Source: Nitrosopumilus sp. (lineage in GTDB: Archaea > Thermoproteota > Nitrososphaeria > Nitrososphaerales > Nitrosopumilaceae). Taken from it: a stretch of DNA of 64,000 nucleotides. The notes under the pieces were generated by a model. That model was not told the DNA's origin and did not search any database. It was given only the letters and a program-made list of their open reading frames with translations. The DNA lies in NCBI GenBank assembly GCA_965207445.1, contig CBDBLX010000002.1:1399849-1463848 (forward strand), read 5' to 3'. Shown here one piece after another: positions 9,311 through 20,504 of this stretch. A program made the position numbers and the translations under genes. Each line of letters begins with the position of its first letter. Within the stretch, counting starts at the first letter, position 1.

Positions 9311-12127
9311 ATGAATTTAAAAATCAATAATTTGACAATATATGATAGTATGAAAAGACATGATATGTTTGTTCCCGAAGCACTAGCAAAGCTTTCTGAG
9401 ACTGTCAAGTATGATGATGAGCAAATAACTGCTGCAAAGGAATGGATCAGTAAGATAAAACAAAGAGCACTAGTCAAAGAAGAAGATCATTATGATGAAT
9501 TTCGAGAAAATGTTCTTGTTAGAATTTTAAGGTATGATCGCAAAAAAATAATTACATCTGCATCTAAATCCGGTAGAGAACCTGACTTTACTTTTGGAAG
9601 TATGGAACTCTGTGTAGAGGTCAAAGGACAAGATACTGACTTACTTAAACCGCAGGGCAGAAAGTATGCTGAATATAAAACCCCCATGTTACAGGCCACA
9701 TTATACAAGGGTCAAGGTTACAAGAATGCATTTTGTACAAATTACAAGGACTATTTATTGATAGGTGAGAATAGTCGTCGGCATATGTTTAATTTTATGG
9801 ATATTGAATGTGATGGCGGTAAAATCAATACTCAAAAATTGCAAGAATTTTTGTATCTATTTTCACAGGAACATCTTATTGAGAAACAGAGCTCAAATAG
9901 GCTCGTTACAGAAACTATCATGTTCAATAGAGATATTACCAAAAAATTTTACGACTTGTTTGATCAAACGCGTAAACTATTAATCAAAGACATATCAAAA
10001 AATGGAGCGATCTCACAATCCGAGGCCATGTTGCATGCACAGACAATACTAAATCGACTAGTATTCATATTGTTTGTTGAGGGTAGAGAGATGGTGGGAG
10101 ATAAATGCCTATTTAGAAATCAAACACTAAATGTGTTGAAAAACCATCCCACATCAAAATCTAGGGGTGTCTGGGACATGATAAAAAACAGACTGTTTGT
10201 GTATTTCAATGAAGGTAATGGTGATCTTGATATATCTGCATTTAATGGAGGATTGTTTGATTCTGAAATACCTGAAAATGTATGGTTTGCAGATATTGAT
10301 CAAAGCATTACACGAACGACTATTCAAAAAGATGATGCAGAGTTAGAAGAAATTCTCAAAAAATATGCTGTGAATCCAATAATAATAAACATGATTGAGA
10401 TGGCAAGGTATGACTTTGCAGATAAACTTGGACCCAATTTACTAGGCAACATATTTGAAAAATCAATGTCTGCTCTTGAAAATGCAGGTATTGAAGGTGA
10501 TCTGTTGCGCAAAAATACAGGTGCATATTATACACTTGAAAATGTCACATCATACATATGTAGAAATACCATAATACCATACTTGAGTAAAAGTGGGGAT
10601 GCAAAAACCGTTGAAACTCTCATAAAAGAATACACAGATGAATATGACATTGAAACCCTTGAAAAAAAACTAGAATATTTACGCATACTTGATCCGGCGT
10701 GTGGCTCTGGTGCGTTTTTGACAAAGACAGTTGATATATTATTAGAAATACATCATCAGATACACGAATATAAAAAAATTCGTGATTTATTTCAGAACAA
10801 AAATGGTGCGTCACTAGATGCGTGGTTGCAAGAAGAGATGAGTCAAAAGATCATAGAGCGAAATCTTTTTGGTTTTGATCTTAATGCCAAGGCAGTTGAG
10901 ATAGCCAAACTTTCACTCTTTTTGAAGATTGCCTCAAAAGGAAATAGATTGCCTGATTTGTCATCATATATTGTAGATGGAAATACACTAAATGTCACGA
11001 TTTTAGACTATGATAATGAGAAATTTCTTGAAATAAAGACGCATGGTGGCTTTGATATTATAGTTGGTAATCCTCCGTATGTAGAAGCATCAAAAATAAA
11101 GTATGTGCCAACCATATCTAAAACAAAAACATGTGGAAATACCTTTGCATACTTTTTTGAAAAGGGTTTTAGTATGTTAAAACCAGGTGGCAGACTTGGC
11201 TATATTGTACCGGTTTCAAGTGTATCGACTCCGCGCATGGTACCACTCCAAAAATTCCTTGTAGAGCAAAGTACAGAATTAAAAATAAGCAATTATGATG
11301 ACCGACCAGGAAAGTTATTTGAAGGATTGGAGCATTGCAGATCGTCTATAATATTATGTAAAAAAAAGAAGACACATACAAATGATAACGATTGCAAAAT
11401 ATACACAACAGGCTATAAAAGATGGCATACAAAAGACGTTGGAGGTCTTTTCAAAAATCTACACTACATTAACCATAATGAAAAAACAGATACTTGTATA
11501 CCAAAATTAGGTGATGAGATCGAGTTATCAATATTTAGAAAAATATTCAAACATGATAATAATAATAATAATAATAAAAGTACACATGATCTCAAAAGTA
11601 AACAAGTGATATATCATAACGCTCCACAATATTGGATACGTGGAATGAATTTTACGCCTCTTTTTTCTAGAAACGGAAAACGTGAGACTTCTAGTCATGA
11701 CAAGTTGCTTTTAGTTAAAGATGATGATGAGTCCACCATAATGACCGGACTACTCAACAGTTCATTATTTTATTGGTTTTTCATAAAGACGTCAAATTGT
11801 AGAGATTTAGGGCAAAAAATAATAGATGATTTTCCACTTTATGGAAAATGGAGTAAATCTGAATTGAAAGTAATACGGACACTTGTCAGTGACCTTATGA
11901 AAGATTATAAGAAAAATTCACTCAAAATAACGACTGTTAACAAACGTACAGGTATACAAGAAAAGGAAACATTTTTTGCAAAAAAGAGCAAGCACATAAT
12001 AGATAAAATAGATGATGTATTTGCAGCCCATTACAAACTGAGCGATGAAGAGAACTATTACATAAAAAACTTTGATCTTGATTTTAGAATGCAAGAACAA
12101 ACTGATATAAATTATATGGTTAAATAA
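9311..12127 (+). CDS. Type IIG (Eco57I/TaqI-like) restriction-modification enzyme, N6-adenine MTase fused to endonuclease
   Basis: EPDF..VEVKG nuclease motif, TNY, FNGGLF, GAYYT, ILDPACGSGAFL, FDIIVGNPPY, LLNSSLF. Confidence 0.9.
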   Translation: MNLKINNLTIYDSMKRHDMFVPEALAKLSETVKYDDEQITAAKEWISKIKQRALVKEEDHYDEFRENVLVRILRYDRKKIITSASKSGREPDFTFGSMELCVEVKGQDTDLLKPQGRKYAEYKTPMLQATLYKGQGYKNAFCTNYKDYLLIGENSRRHMFNFMDIECDGGKINTQKLQEFLYLFSQEHLIEKQSSNRLVTETIMFNRDITKKFYDLFDQTRKLLIKDISKNGAISQSEAMLHAQTILNRLVFILFVEGREMVGDKCLFRNQTLNVLKNHPTSKSRGVWDMIKNRLFVYFNEGNGDLDISAFNGGLFDSEIPENVWFADIDQSITRTTIQKDDAELEEILKKYAVNPIIINMIEMARYDFADKLGPNLLGNIFEKSMSALENAGIEGDLLRKNTGAYYTLENVTSYICRNTIIPYLSKSGDAKTVETLIKEYTDEYDIETLEKKLEYLRILDPACGSGAFLTKTVDILLEIHHQIHEYKKIRDLFQNKNGASLDAWLQEEMSQKIIERNLFGFDLNAKAVEIAKLSLFLKIASKGNRLPDLSSYIVDGNTLNVTILDYDNEKFLEIKTHGGFDIIVGNPPYVEASKIKYVPTISKTKTCGNTFAYFFEKGFSMLKPGGRLGYIVPVSSVSTPRMVPLQKFLVEQSTELKISNYDDRPGKLFEGLEHCRSSIILCKKKKTHTNDNDCKIYTTGYKRWHTKDVGGLFKNLHYINHNEKTDTCIPKLGDEIELSIFRKIFKHDNNNNNNKSTHDLKSKQVIYHNAPQYWIRGMNFTPLFSRNGKRETSSHDKLLLVKDDDESTIMTGLLNSSLFYWFFIKTSNCRDLGQKIIDDFPLYGKWSKSELKVIRTLVSDLMKDYKKNSLKITTVNKRTGIQEKETFFAKKSKHIIDKIDDVFAAHYKLSDEENYYIKNFDLDFRMQEQTDINYMVK

Positions 12128-12235
12128 ATTCAATGTGTTATTATAATTTCTGGTATATGAAATAATACGTTATTTATTTATACATATAATAATATGTCAT
12201 TGGAAACAGAAATATCTATTATGTTAGAAATTATG

Positions 12236-12327
12236 ATGGTGTTGGAAATATGGTGTTGGAAATATGGTGTTGGAAATATGGTGTTGGAAATATGGTGTTG
12301 GAAATATGGTGTTGGAAATATGGTGTT
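12236..12327. repeat. Tandem repeat, 14-bp unit ATGGTGTTGGAAAT x6.6
   Basis: Read directly; no spacers. Confidence 0.95.
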
Positions 12328-12553
12328 AGGAGTGACAGATTAAATGACATTAGAGTAAATTGTTACTAAATCAACAATACATGTGCATCTTTTTGGCCAA
12401 AATGTATCTTTGGGTACACTATATGCATATACTTATTAAATGTGTGAAATGGCCTTTGTGCATTGTGTAATGTTGTATGATATTGGATGATATTATATGT
12501 TAATGTATGACTAAATATAACACCACCACACATTGTATCGCCACATAGTAAGA

Positions 12554-13357
12554 TTATACCTTGTATGGCCACTTTTTCTTGTAATACCATGCATATACTG
12601 CTGCCATGGCCTCACAATCAAATCGGTTATACTCTAGCATCTTCTCTAAGCTGACTTTATCACCTGTTTTCACATACCTGTTCCACAGATTACCACACTC
12701 AACTGCAGAGACCTCTGTATCATCATACTTGTAATATCCACAATAGTCTGCTACCACTTTTATCGAGTATGATGAGAGAGGTAGTATGCATGCTTTTTTA
12801 AATGCAGGCAACATATTATGTAGGCAGTCAAGATATCCACAGTTCATACGTCGCAGATTTACAGCATCATAAGAACTCCAATGATAAATGGTGTGACAGT
12901 TTGGCATGTTCTCTTTGATGAATTTATTGTACATTTTGGCAAGCTTTTGCTCTGTATTGTTGTATAGTGGGACGTATCTATGTGTACTATTGTCATCGGG
13001 TTTATACAGTATACCGATCAAAAATACATCTTGGTGAAATGACATACTTTCAATATCTAGATATGCACACCCCTCTGACAATACATTTGGCATAAAGATG
13101 GGATTATTAGTTAGAATGCTTTGTGCCTGTGTTGCACGCCCAGACTTTGAGTGAGCCAACTCTAAAAGTGAGTGTATTCCTTGAGCGCGGAGTTTTTGCT
13201 CTGCATTATATCCAATACCTGGCATCAAGTTTAGGCTTCTTTTTTTGGGTGGTAGTAGTGCAGGTAGATTATTTCTTTTGGGTTTATGTTTGTGGGTATG
13301 TTTATTATTTTTGTTGTTGTCATTTGTTAGTTTTTTTCTATTATTCTTTGTTGACAT
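12554..13357 (-). CDS. HhH + RNase H-like (YprB/TM0106 C-terminal) protein
   Basis: MPGIGYNAEQKLRAQGI, YLDIES, YHWSSYD, SYSIKVVA, YNRFDC; paralogue of the C-half of 2489..4051. Confidence 0.8.
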   Translation of the reverse strand: MSTKNNRKKLTNDNNKNNKHTHKHKPKRNNLPALLPPKKRSLNLMPGIGYNAEQKLRAQGIHSLLELAHSKSGRATQAQSILTNNPIFMPNVLSEGCAYLDIESMSFHQDVFLIGILYKPDDNSTHRYVPLYNNTEQKLAKMYNKFIKENMPNCHTIYHWSSYDAVNLRRMNCGYLDCLHNMLPAFKKACILPLSSYSIKVVADYCGYYKYDDTEVSAVECGNLWNRYVKTGDKVSLEKMLEYNRFDCEAMAAVYAWYYKKKWPYKV

Positions 13358-13413
13358 TTGACTTGCCTTTATTTTATTATCGCGTGTGTCATATAATTTT
13401 ACTCTATTATCTA

Positions 13414-13501
13414 ACGTGTTGCATAACTCGTAAATTTATACTCCTCCGGGGTCGTGGCCATGTGGTCTGAGCCGCGCAACCTACGTTACACGATTCGAAG
13501 C
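13414..13501 (+). mobile_element. MITE family B, truncated copy
   Basis: ACGTGTTGCATAACTC end; matches the 5' half of 53488-53675 and the reverse of 38685-38874. Confidence 0.8.
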
Positions 13502-13615
13502 CATAATAATTTCATTAAAGATCCGATAGTTTTCTAATATTTTGTATTCATAATATATGTTCAACTTTGAGATGAATATCAATCAAAATATCAGATCTTT
13601 AATCATATCAGTATG
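13502..13615 (+). mobile_element. MITE family C (~115 bp)
   Basis: Imperfect TIRs with core ATTAAAGATC(C/T)GATA; near-identical inverted copy at 55145-55261. Confidence 0.8.
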
Positions 13616-13711
13616 CATGACTGTGTGCGTTCTAGGCAAGCATTTAACTAGTCATATATTTGTGAATCAGGTATATAATTCCCCTTTTTAATTAAAGGAA
13701 CAAAAGATGAT

Positions 13712-16700
13712 GTGAAAACAAGTATTATGTGCAGTAGTGGAAAATATATTATTTTATTATTTTTTATGGTTTCATTGGTATTTTTTGTTCTAGTACATTA
13801 TGTACAAGCGGTGAATGCTCAAGAGCAGGAACAACAACTGCCATATTATGAAAATGACTTGCAGATACACATACCACACAAAATGATAGTTGGAGAGACC
13901 TATTATGGCATTATAGTGTCAAAGACGCCTGCATATGTGTCAGATGTAATTACTGCTACTAGTAGTATACAATCCACTGCTGCTATTACAACAACAACAA
14001 CAGATGCAACTGCCATAGAACCACTATCACTCATAGACACAACATTAGAGCATTTCTGGTCCATCATATTTGGGGAAAATCATACACAAGAGTCTACTAT
14101 AGTAACACCAACGCCCCAACAACAACAACAATCATCATCATCACAGCAAAAAGGCAGAATCATACATCTAGCCTTTAATCATGAGACGGGTTCTAATCCA
14201 CCTATCAAAATTCTATCCTCTCACAACAACACAGTAATTTTACCATATGGCATGAACCATGCTATATTCAAGTTTCAAGCATTACGTGATGGTATAACAA
14301 CAGTGCATGCATCTTATGATGGCCGCATCACCCACACTACAAGTACTATACACTCTTTGAATACAGGACCAAAAACACTTGATCTAATACTACCTGGAAA
14401 CACAACTAGTACTAGTAATCTTAATGCCATTATAATGATCAAAGATGGCAATAACTATCCTACTACTAGCAACAAGGATATCAAAGTCCGCATTATACCT
14501 ACAAATTTGATAGAGACACCAAATGAAATCATAATAACAGCAGGACAGACCCACACAGTTTTCCCCATTGTGGTGCAAAGTACGGGGCAAATCAATGTTG
14601 TAAGTGAAGGGCTGATATCAGATACAGAAAATATCGCATATGAAACAGACAAAATAACTGTGAAATTGGGCATAGCACCAAATGTGGCACTAGTGGGTGG
14701 TACTGTACAGTATGTTGTGTGGCTAGAGCGCAATGGCGTGCCATTTTACCCTCCACATACCATCAAAGGGGAACTTCAAACCACAAATACAGATGCTGTA
14801 CGATTTACACCATATGCACCACCTCACAAAAATGACAATAACTTTGAGTTTACAATGTATGATGGTATTGCCACTGGTGTATTGTATGCTGCAGGTGGTG
14901 TGGGGGTTGTAGGCAATAGTATGGAATCACCACACTACACATCTGATAATTTTGCAACCATAACTGCCATAATACCTGAATATGGTGTTGCATATGATAA
15001 TGTCTGTGTTGGTAGTATGGGTTCTATTCAGACAAATATAGAAAAAACAGAGTTAGAAAATTATCATTATAATAATAATAATGAAAATGAAAATGAAAAT
15101 ACCAAAAACAATAATTTAACAAATCCCGATCATAACACAAACCCCACCCACAACCCAATCCCCATAACAGCATCACGTCTCATAGCACAAGGCAATTCTA
15201 CTGGATGCACTGACAATCTAGAATCAATAAATGATTTAACAACTGAACTATTTTACCAAAGTACAATTTCACAAAATGATCAAGGAGATAATAACTCAAA
15301 TGAAGAGAGCAAAAACATACAGAATATTATTTTAAATGCTATAGATCCAACAACAAATCTAGTAAAATTATGGTTGTATCCAGATGATACTAGTTTTAGT
15401 ACATATGCAATAGTGGGATTTTACAATCACAAAGAAACAGAGTATTTTGTGTCATATGTGCAAGATAATCAAAGAGTAGATATAACATCAAAGGTAATTT
15501 TGGAGACACCTACAAAATTAGTAAATCAGTATATTACAGCCTCATCTAATAACAAGGCAAATAATAATAATAATAACAACAATAATAACAATGACGGTGA
15601 ATTAACATTCCAATCCACACATGTGGTACAACCTACAGTATATACAAACATGTATACATTTCCTATTTTATCTGGACATGAAGGCTCACATGATATCAGT
15701 ATAACTACACAAGGAAGTACTGCAACTGACACACTTAGAGTAATAGCACCACATCAGACACAATACAAATTACAAGTTCAAACCATACCCATAGCACTAG
15801 AAGAGCAAAGTATAGAGCAGCAGCCATTAGCATTCATTACAATAACTGATTCAGCTGACCGCATACTAGACATTAAAGAAGAGTTTGGAGTTGATCGTAT
15901 TATACATACGATATTTTCAGACAGTAGAACTCCCAAAAATACCATAATTAATCAAATATACAATACGGGAATATTATATGATGATAATGATGATGATAGT
16001 ATTACTGAACCCATTGTATTGACATCAACACTAGAAGGCACACCTGGAGCTGTAAAACCTGCAATATATGAAATGACACCTATAGGTATACCTGTCGCAG
16101 TTGATATGTTCATGCCCCATACAGTACATATCGGCGAGATATTTCCCATTACAGTACATCTTGTAGACACATATGATACTCCTATTTTGCGTATGAATAC
16201 AACGACGCTACCGCCTACGGGGTTGAACTTTATGTATGAAAATGGATTTGGTATGTTGATCGATGGTGTTGCCTCAAATATGCATAAAGATGAACCAATT
16301 AATCCTGCAGAGCAACAACAGATTATCAGCATACTACATGAACAAGGCGGCTCTACTACCAGTATGATCAGAGGATTTCTCAATCCATCTGATTATAACA
16401 TATTTGGTGTTCCCAATGTTGTATCTGCAGGTGATTCATTTGAGTTTCAAGTCGCAGCATCGAGTTTTGTAATCTCAAACTCATATGGTAATGAGGATCA
16501 AAAAGATATCAAAATAACATATGATCAAAATGGCGATATTGTAGATGCATATTTTTCTCATGATGATGATTATAATGATTATGATGGTAACGCATACAGT
16601 AATAATGCAATCCCAATACCTGCCCACATCCCACAATCATATGAAATAATCAATCACAATACAGCATGGGACTATACGCAAATATCACCTGGCAAGTTCA

Positions 16701-17551
16701 ACATTACAGCACATGAACTAGGCAATCACAATATTACAATGCGCATCAATATTATGGGATATGAGTCACAGACCATTGTAATACCATTTAGTGCCAAAAT
16801 GTCAGTGCCAATTATAGTCAAAGCAGTTTCAGCAGATGGTAGTGTAGAATTAGAGGCTGACTTTGATATCATAACTTCTTCTTCTACTACTACTATCATA
16901 CCAATTAATAATACAAAAACACCTTTTAGCACTATTTTTACGCAACCAGATAATTATGAATTTGTATTCAAACCAAACCTAGATCATGGGTATGCTTTAA
17001 CAGATATACAATTTACAGACGGTGGCATACTAGTAAATGATAATACTATCCATATCAGACCATCTGATAACCAAATTACCATAATAGCAACGTATGAAAA
17101 CAGAGTATATGTTAATGTGATAGGTGGGCATGGAACAGGGACATATCAATATGGTGAAACTATCATATTACAAGCAACACCTGCAGATGTAATACCATTT
17201 ATCATGCCAACAAAATTAGCCTATTGGGATGGTGCCCCCGGCGGGTTTCAAACAGATGAGCAGATACACATAATAGCTGATCGTGATATGAATATTTTTG
17301 CCATATATGAGCCAGACTATACGCGGATACTATATGCAGTGATTATAGGTATGGTGGTAGTGGGTGTTATGATATTACGTAGGTTTGGCTCTCGTATTAT
17401 GTATCAGATCGGCGAGTTATCAGAGTATGTTAAAGAGAGAAAGACTAACGATTATGATGATGAAGAAGGAGGAGGAGAAGGAGGAGGAGAAACCAAAGAA
17501 GAATATTATGACAACACCACAAGTATAATCGACAAAAAATACACACATTGA
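13712..17551 (+). CDS. Large secreted, C-terminally membrane-anchored surface protein (putative adhesin)
   Basis: Signal peptide, beta-rich body, VNVIGGHGTGTYQYGETIILQATP (InlB-B/Flg_new-like repeat), C-terminal TM; directly upstream of the TadC-like gene. Confidence 0.75.
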   Translation: MKTSIMCSSGKYIILLFFMVSLVFFVLVHYVQAVNAQEQEQQLPYYENDLQIHIPHKMIVGETYYGIIVSKTPAYVSDVITATSSIQSTAAITTTTTDATAIEPLSLIDTTLEHFWSIIFGENHTQESTIVTPTPQQQQQSSSSQQKGRIIHLAFNHETGSNPPIKILSSHNNTVILPYGMNHAIFKFQALRDGITTVHASYDGRITHTTSTIHSLNTGPKTLDLILPGNTTSTSNLNAIIMIKDGNNYPTTSNKDIKVRIIPTNLIETPNEIIITAGQTHTVFPIVVQSTGQINVVSEGLISDTENIAYETDKITVKLGIAPNVALVGGTVQYVVWLERNGVPFYPPHTIKGELQTTNTDAVRFTPYAPPHKNDNNFEFTMYDGIATGVLYAAGGVGVVGNSMESPHYTSDNFATITAIIPEYGVAYDNVCVGSMGSIQTNIEKTELENYHYNNNNENENENTKNNNLTNPDHNTNPTHNPIPITASRLIAQGNSTGCTDNLESINDLTTELFYQSTISQNDQGDNNSNEESKNIQNIILNAIDPTTNLVKLWLYPDDTSFSTYAIVGFYNHKETEYFVSYVQDNQRVDITSKVILETPTKLVNQYITASSNNKANNNNNNNNNNNDGELTFQSTHVVQPTVYTNMYTFPILSGHEGSHDISITTQGSTATDTLRVIAPHQTQYKLQVQTIPIALEEQSIEQQPLAFITITDSADRILDIKEEFGVDRIIHTIFSDSRTPKNTIINQIYNTGILYDDNDDDSITEPIVLTSTLEGTPGAVKPAIYEMTPIGIPVAVDMFMPHTVHIGEIFPITVHLVDTYDTPILRMNTTTLPPTGLNFMYENGFGMLIDGVASNMHKDEPINPAEQQQIISILHEQGGSTTSMIRGFLNPSDYNIFGVPNVVSAGDSFEFQVAASSFVISNSYGNEDQKDIKITYDQNGDIVDAYFSHDDDYNDYDGNAYSNNAIPIPAHIPQSYEIINHNTAWDYTQISPGKFNITAHELGNHNITMRINIMGYESQTIVIPFSAKMSVPIIVKAVSADGSVELEADFDIITSSSTTTIIPINNTKTPFSTIFTQPDNYEFVFKPNLDHGYALTDIQFTDGGILVNDNTIHIRPSDNQITIIATYENRVYVNVIGGHGTGTYQYGETIILQATPADVIPFIMPTKLAYWDGAPGGFQTDEQIHIIADRDMNIFAIYEPDYTRILYAVIIGMVVVGVMILRRFGSRIMYQIGELSEYVKERKTNDYDDEEGGGEGGGETKEEYYDNTTSIIDKKYTH

Positions 17552-17580
17552 TGCTGAAAAAAAAAATAAAGTGATTTGCC

Positions 17581-19698
17581 ATGAAATTTTTCTCAAATGT
17601 ATTACCAAAGAACAAAAAATATGTGACTAGTCAAAAGTCTACAAATAATAATAAAAATAAAAATAAAAATAAAGTCAAAAAGAACACCGTACCAACATCT
17701 GCAACAACTACAACCACCACAACCATAACAACAACAAAAAAGAGATCAAGAAACATCACAACAGTCGTAAAACCCACAAAAAAAGAAAAGTTGGTACATA
17801 CACCACTCATTAAAAAAGTCTACACATATTTTTTACGCGAATACACAAAAGATATTCCACTAGCAGGCATATCAGCATCCCCCAGACATACAGCTACAAT
17901 ATCAACTGTAAATACAATTTTGCTAATTCCTATCAGTGCCATATGTGTAATATGTGGAACACAATTCATTTTACCTCTTATATTATCAAATATGATACAA
18001 CCTACACTACAACACATTCTCACACCATTCATTGCAATTTTACTCATAGTTATAATACCAACATCATACTATTTCTCAAAATTACATGGATTAAGAGATT
18101 ATATCAAAAGGCGCAAAAAATCAGTTGATGGTGAGATATTCTTCTTTACAGTATATTGTGATGTTGTGGAGAAGACTGGTAAAGGATTACGAGGTGCATT
18201 TGAAATGTTAAGATTAGAAGGAATGTCCGATGATCCCTATACAAACACAAATAGCAAAAAAAGTACCCATAATCATCTCTTTCCCTCAATGTACAAAGAA
18301 GCCTGTATAATACACAGAGAGATTCAAGTATTCTCAAAGAGTTTCATAGACATTATACGGCACACGAGTAGTATACATCCATCTAATAATTTCAAAGACT
18401 TTTTACGCGGCTATATCATATCCCAAGAATCAGGTGGTACGGGTGCTAGTATATATCTGCAAGAAAAACTCAGAGAGTATCATAATGCAGCACAGCGCAA
18501 ACTAGACAGTTATGGTAATACATCTGAGATGCTAGCAACAGTAGGGTCTTTTGGCCTAGTGATGTTTCCAATATTTATTGTCGTAGGTGGGATAATTATA
18601 CCGCCTGCCACTTTATTGTTTGTATGTGTGTTTGGTATAATTGTGATACCAATTATGATCATATTTTTAATTAGAATGGCTCAAAAGATGAATCCCATAC
18701 AGACGCCTAAAATTAAACTGCCATTATTGCCTATAGTGGCAGCAGTGGTTGTGGGTATGGGGTTGTTTGTTTTATCCATTTTGTTGGCAGATATGATGCA
18801 ATTATCTACTATAGGTTCGGATATTGTAGTTGTTGATGATGGTAGTGGTGGTAGTGGTAGTGGTGGTAGTGGTAGTGGTGGTAGTGGTAATGACAATGAT
18901 GGTAATATAACAACACCCCTTTTTTCATCCTATTGGGAAATCATTGTCATACCTCTAATATTATGGTCCATCATAAATTACTCATTTACAAAACATCAAC
19001 TATATGGAATGTCAAAACTAGAAAAATCCATACCAGATTTCATACGTGATATTAACCAAAAGACAAAGTCAAATCCCTCATTTTATGCTGCATTCACATC
19101 CATAGAATCAGCATCACCATACACAAAGCAATTTAATCACATGTTACATATGATAAAATCTCAATTGTTATTGGGTGCCAATATGGCAAATGTGCTATCC
19201 AAAGTTCATACTAATAGTTGGCTGTGCAATTGCACAATGCGTCTACTATCATATGCTGTTCGTACTGGCTCTGTTACACCTGCTGTACTGGATCGTTTGA
19301 GTATGTTTGTATCTCACTATTTGGAGTCTCGCAAAAACCTCGCAGAAAAGACTGCAACACCGTTAATGACAGGATATATGGGCTCTATAATTGTAGTAAT
19401 GATGATTTTAATGATACCAATGGCTAATTTTGATGTATCGTTTGGTACTGGGTTGAATCCATCAAATACAGGAGAGGACATCATATTAAATAACACAGGT
19501 GGCTTTGACCCGCATCATATGTTAAGTGAGCTCAATATGATTTTGGTAATAATAGGGGCATTTTGTAGTATGGTGTTAATAGCACAGATCAGATATGGCA
19601 CCATACTACATAGTATGCATACGGGTATACTGCTTGCTATAATTACGGCTATATTTTACTATGATAGGTATGCAGGTGGTGTAACAGTGGGTGGGTAA
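17581..19698 (+). CDS. Type II secretion/type IV pilus platform protein (TadC/FlaJ/GspF-like, two domains)
   Basis: Two T2SSF-like units (HPSNNFKDFLRGYI; LEKSIPDFIRDI...AVRTGS) separated by TM bundles. Confidence 0.8.
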   Translation: MKFFSNVLPKNKKYVTSQKSTNNNKNKNKNKVKKNTVPTSATTTTTTTITTTKKRSRNITTVVKPTKKEKLVHTPLIKKVYTYFLREYTKDIPLAGISASPRHTATISTVNTILLIPISAICVICGTQFILPLILSNMIQPTLQHILTPFIAILLIVIIPTSYYFSKLHGLRDYIKRRKKSVDGEIFFFTVYCDVVEKTGKGLRGAFEMLRLEGMSDDPYTNTNSKKSTHNHLFPSMYKEACIIHREIQVFSKSFIDIIRHTSSIHPSNNFKDFLRGYIISQESGGTGASIYLQEKLREYHNAAQRKLDSYGNTSEMLATVGSFGLVMFPIFIVVGGIIIPPATLLFVCVFGIIVIPIMIIFLIRMAQKMNPIQTPKIKLPLLPIVAAVVVGMGLFVLSILLADMMQLSTIGSDIVVVDDGSGGSGSGGSGSGGSGNDNDGNITTPLFSSYWEIIVIPLILWSIINYSFTKHQLYGMSKLEKSIPDFIRDINQKTKSNPSFYAAFTSIESASPYTKQFNHMLHMIKSQLLLGANMANVLSKVHTNSWLCNCTMRLLSYAVRTGSVTPAVLDRLSMFVSHYLESRKNLAEKTATPLMTGYMGSIIVVMMILMIPMANFDVSFGTGLNPSNTGEDIILNNTGGFDPHHMLSELNMILVIIGAFCSMVLIAQIRYGTILHSMHTGILLAIITAIFYYDRYAGGVTVGG

Positions 19699-19777
19699 AA
19701 GTTGTGTCTTAGATGTGATAGGTAACAAAGTTATAAAGAAAAAATTTTGCTTTTATATATATTAGAAATTGAGTGTA

Positions 19778-20356
19778 ATGGAAAATAAAACATCCAATAA
19801 TACCAAAACAACAACTGCATCAGTAACGACAACACAGCAACAGCAACAGCAACAACCCACAAAAAAGAATCCACAAAGACAAGCCATATCTGGCATGATC
19901 GTCACAATCATACTGATAGGTATCGTAGTATCAGTAGGTGGCATACTAGCAACTACAACTACAGATTTGGTCTCAACGGGGTTAGTTCTAGAGACTGTAG
20001 AGGTGAAACGACTAGTTATACAGAATACGCAGAATAGTTCATTTGTATCTGCAATGATAAAAAACAATGGAAATACTGATCTAAAAGGTGCATTCATAAC
20101 AATTCAAAAAGACGATGGTAATTGTGTGCCTGGATATGGTAATAGTAGTACAAACTGTGGAGATGCAGACAATACAATACACTTTGGTAAAAATTCCGAT
20201 AACGCAAATGCAATAACTCAATCAGGAGAATCTACTACAATAAACGCCCAGCTTGCAGAACGTCTTCCCATAGGCAAAAAAGTCATAGTTACGATACAAG
20301 CTGATGTTGTTGGTGGTGGGCAATATCTCACTACAAAGTTAGTATCACCGCAGTAA
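19778..20356 (+). CDS. Archaeal type IV pilin
   Basis: Class III signal peptide RQA|ISGMIVTIILIGIVVSVGG; IKNNGNTDL motif. Confidence 0.8.
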   Translation: MENKTSNNTKTTTASVTTTQQQQQQQPTKKNPQRQAISGMIVTIILIGIVVSVGGILATTTTDLVSTGLVLETVEVKRLVIQNTQNSSFVSAMIKNNGNTDLKGAFITIQKDDGNCVPGYGNSSTNCGDADNTIHFGKNSDNANAITQSGESTTINAQLAERLPIGKKVIVTIQADVVGGGQYLTTKLVSPQ

Positions 20357-20423
20357 AAATAATCCATTTTTCTTTCTTTCTTTTTTTATTTATCCATATA
20401 TTATCTTTTATACACATGTATCT

Positions 20424-20504
20424 GTAACCGTTCAACCCCCGTGCTTGCACTAGATGTCAAGTGACGAGTCAGTACCTAAATTTTGGAAGGGGTTGAACGG
20501 TTAC
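20424..20504. mobile_element. MITE family A (81 bp)
   Basis: Perfect 16-bp TIR GTAACCGTTCAACCCC / GGGGTTGAACGGTTAC. Confidence 0.9.

Noticed and set aside
12236..12327. CRISPR array
   Set aside because: Head-to-tail repeats with no spacers; no cas genes in the window
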